The translations under genes and the position numbers were made by a program. 64,000 bases of DNA from Callorhinchus milii (taxonomy: Eukaryota), in the NCBI RefSeq assembly GCF_018977255.1, contig NW_024704742.1, forward strand, positions 66,156,001 through 66,220,000, written 5' to 3'. Position 1 is the first letter of the stretch, and each line of letters starts with the position of its first letter. Positions 61,640 through 64,000 of the stretch are shown in pieces. The notes under the pieces were generated by a model. The model was given only the letters and a program-made list of their open reading frames with translations, ran no database searches and had not been told where the DNA came from.

Positions 61640-62015
61640 GTATGGCCTTACCTCTGTGATCTGCTAACTCCAAATAGACCTGTCCGCTCCCTCTGCTCAG
61701 CAGGCTCCATCCTGCTCAATGTCCCCCACCCGGCACGGCCCACCAGTGGCGGTCAGGTTTTCATCCTCTCTGCCCCACCCTTTGGAACTCCATCTCACAT
61801 TCCCTTTGCCTCACCCCCTCCCTTGCCTCCTTCAAGGCCAGTCTCAAGATCCTCCTCTGCAATCGCGCCATCAGCCACCCTCCTACTCCTACCCTCCCTG
61901 CGCTCCACCTCTCCTGATCCCAACCTTCAGCTCAGGTCCAAATCCCTGATTGTCCAGCGCCTTGGGACGTCCTCTTGACATGAAAGGCGCTACACACATG
62001 TCATTTGCTGTTGAC
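61640..62015 (+). mobile_element. L2 3' fragment nested in a family-B SINE (~61510-62290)
   Basis: SINE core breaks after CCCGTCTGCTTG and resumes at TGGATGTTAAAGATCCC; L2 tail GGGACGTCCTC..TGAAAGGCGCT. Confidence 0.85.
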
Positions 62016-62444
62016 GTTGGATGTTAAAGATCCCATGGAACTATTCAAAAAGAGAAAGGAAGTTTCTCTCGATGTCCTAGCCAATAATTCCCGCAGATAA
62101 AATTAGTCACTCACTCCATTACTCTTTGTGGACCATTGCTGTGTGAAAATTGGCTGCCACATTCTCCTACAAATACAAAAATGCCCACAAAATATAGAGT
62201 CAATTCATTCTACAGTATATTCTGTGAAGCGCTTTGAGACATCTCGAAGATGTGATAAGGCGCTGTTATCAAATGCAAGGATTATTATTACTATGATTAT
62301 TACTACACTAACAATGATAACTGTAGAGTATTTCAACATTATAGGCATGATATCAAATACAAGCATTATTAATATTATCACTATTATGTTCATCAAGAGT
62401 AGACCTTTGGAGCGGAGCTGGTTTCAAGTTGACGTACTTGGCAA

Positions 62445-62795
62445 CGGAATGTCAGTTTAGTCAACTCTGTGGCGATCTCAGTAGTTTGGATCCTGAAGAG
62501 GATGGTACACAGTACTACAAGGCACTGCTGATGACAGACCAGCCAGTTTGGCTCATCATCAGGACTTAGAGGGGCAGGCCGGTCACTGGGGACAAGCATT
62601 CTTCCCACTTGGCTCTTGTTAACCCTACAAATCAAAGCCCCAATGGATAGGGTGGTACTAGCTGAAGAAATAGTTGGGAGCTTACCAGACAGTGCTCTCA
62701 ATGGCAAGTTTTATAGTTTTAGCTGGTTGGACTCCAGCATTTACTCCAACACACTGGGTCCTTAAGCCTTCGCTCTTGCCAAACAGTGCCTCATA
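62445..62795 (+). repeat. Family X, 5' and middle blocks, no cassette
   Basis: CAGACAGTGCTCTCAATGGCAAG runs directly into TAGCTGGTTGGACTCCAGC. Confidence 0.82.
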
Positions 62796-63469
62796 CAGCC
62801 CACGGTGCTTCTCCACACCATGAGCAGTTATTAAGGGAAAGTATCACAGAGATGGAGTTGTCAGAGGAGGTCTTGATGGAGCTGAAGGTTTCCCATTGAT
62901 TTATCATCCACACGTTTGCCTAGTTTTAATGGCCACGTGTTGGAGTCCAATTGACATCTGCCTTTCTCCATCTCTAACTTTGTATCCAGTGAATGGATTC
63001 AACAGTACAAACCCAACACTATACTCACAATTACAGCACAACCCTCCCTCTAGCATAACAACCCACATCCCCAGAGAAACTTTACAACTCCAACACACCT
63101 CTTCCCCCGGCACAACCCGCCCTCCAGCACAATCCTACCCCATCCCCACACCCCCTCATTTTAAAGAGAACCCAACGTTGTTGAAATACAATTGGCTGCA
63201 GTGTTGGAAAAGATAGTACGGGGAAGGGTGGGGGCGAGTTTAAGCCACGCCAGCCAAGAAGAAGCAACAACAACTATTACTACTTGGTTTATATGGAACG
63301 CTTCACGAGGGGGATAGCATCTCGGGGAGTCTAAAACAATTGCAATTGACCCAATTTACACCTGTCTAAGGAAGCATTTTGTGGTGACTGGCTATGAAGG
63401 GACAGAAAGGTTTCAGTCCACAGTCACCAGCACCTGAATCACTGCAAGATCAACCATCAACCCACCATC

Positions 63470-63923
63470 GTGGCTCAGTCTGGCTGAGTGTTCGCACTCT
63501 CACCTCGGACTCAGATGGGTGTTCGCACTCTCACCTCGGACTCAGATGGGTGTCCCACATTGGCACTTAGTTTCACATAAGCTAAGAAGATATTCCAATG
63601 TGGTGCTGGGGGGAAGTGCCATTATTTGGATGAGGTGTTAAACCGAGGTCCCATCTGTCTGCTCAGGTGGAGGTCAAAGATCCCATGGCACTATTCGAAA
63701 AAGTGAAAGGAGTTTCTTCCGCATCCTGGCCAACAATCCCCCAAATAAAATTGGTCACTCAATTCATGGCTGTTTGTGGGACATTGCTGTGCGCAACTGG
63801 CTGCTGCGTTTCATCCACAACATACACAGTCATTGCACTTTACAGTATATCCTGTGAAACGACTTGAGACGTCTCGCCGATGTGATGAGGCGCTGTAACA
63901 AATGTAAGGATTATTATTATTAT
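63470..63923 (+). mobile_element. SINE family B with a 31-bp tandem duplication in its head
   Basis: Core GTTAAACCGAGGTCCCATCTG and tail. Confidence 0.88.
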
Positions 63924-64000
63924 TTGTTGCAGCCTCTTATCACATCATCAGGATGTCTCAAAACGCTTCACAGAAATTTACTGGAAAGTGTTGTGATTTT

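Noticed and set aside
62528..62600. Hammerhead ribozyme in family X (CTGATGA)
   Set aside because: No GAAA after a stem II; the motif pairs with downstream TCATCA and is not conserved in other copies.

Overview
Vertebrate non-coding DNA, most likely from a cartilaginous fish. The dominant SINEs look like those I recall from the chimaera Callorhinchus milii; that is recall, not a database result. I recognise no host protein-coding exon, tRNA, rRNA or CRISPR array, so the window reads as a gene desert or very large intron. By eye, well over half is retroposon debris: (A) a ~340-bp tRNA-derived SINE (head GGAGTCCYGTAGC); (B) a ~430-bp tRNA-derived DeuSINE-like element (head TGTCAGCCTGGCTCAG) with the same L2-type 3' tail; many 5'-truncated L2 and CR1 LINE pieces, the only real protein homology here (dead RT/ORF2); MITE/hAT remnants; and an unclassified, hairpin-rich, A-tailed repeat (family X) seen about nine times. 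Between them lie 0.3-1 kb repeat-free islands with clustered developmental TF motifs (candidate enhancers). Most notable: family X and its shared ~220-bp cassette, a ~460-bp palindrome whose arms have a degenerate hammerhead-like layout, a pre-miRNA-like hairpin, a 33-bp minisatellite born at the 5' end of an L2 insertion, and a CTCF-motif-bearing hAT MITE. Repeat boundaries are approximate (about +/-15 bp). Many short SINE/LINE tail fragments are not listed individually.
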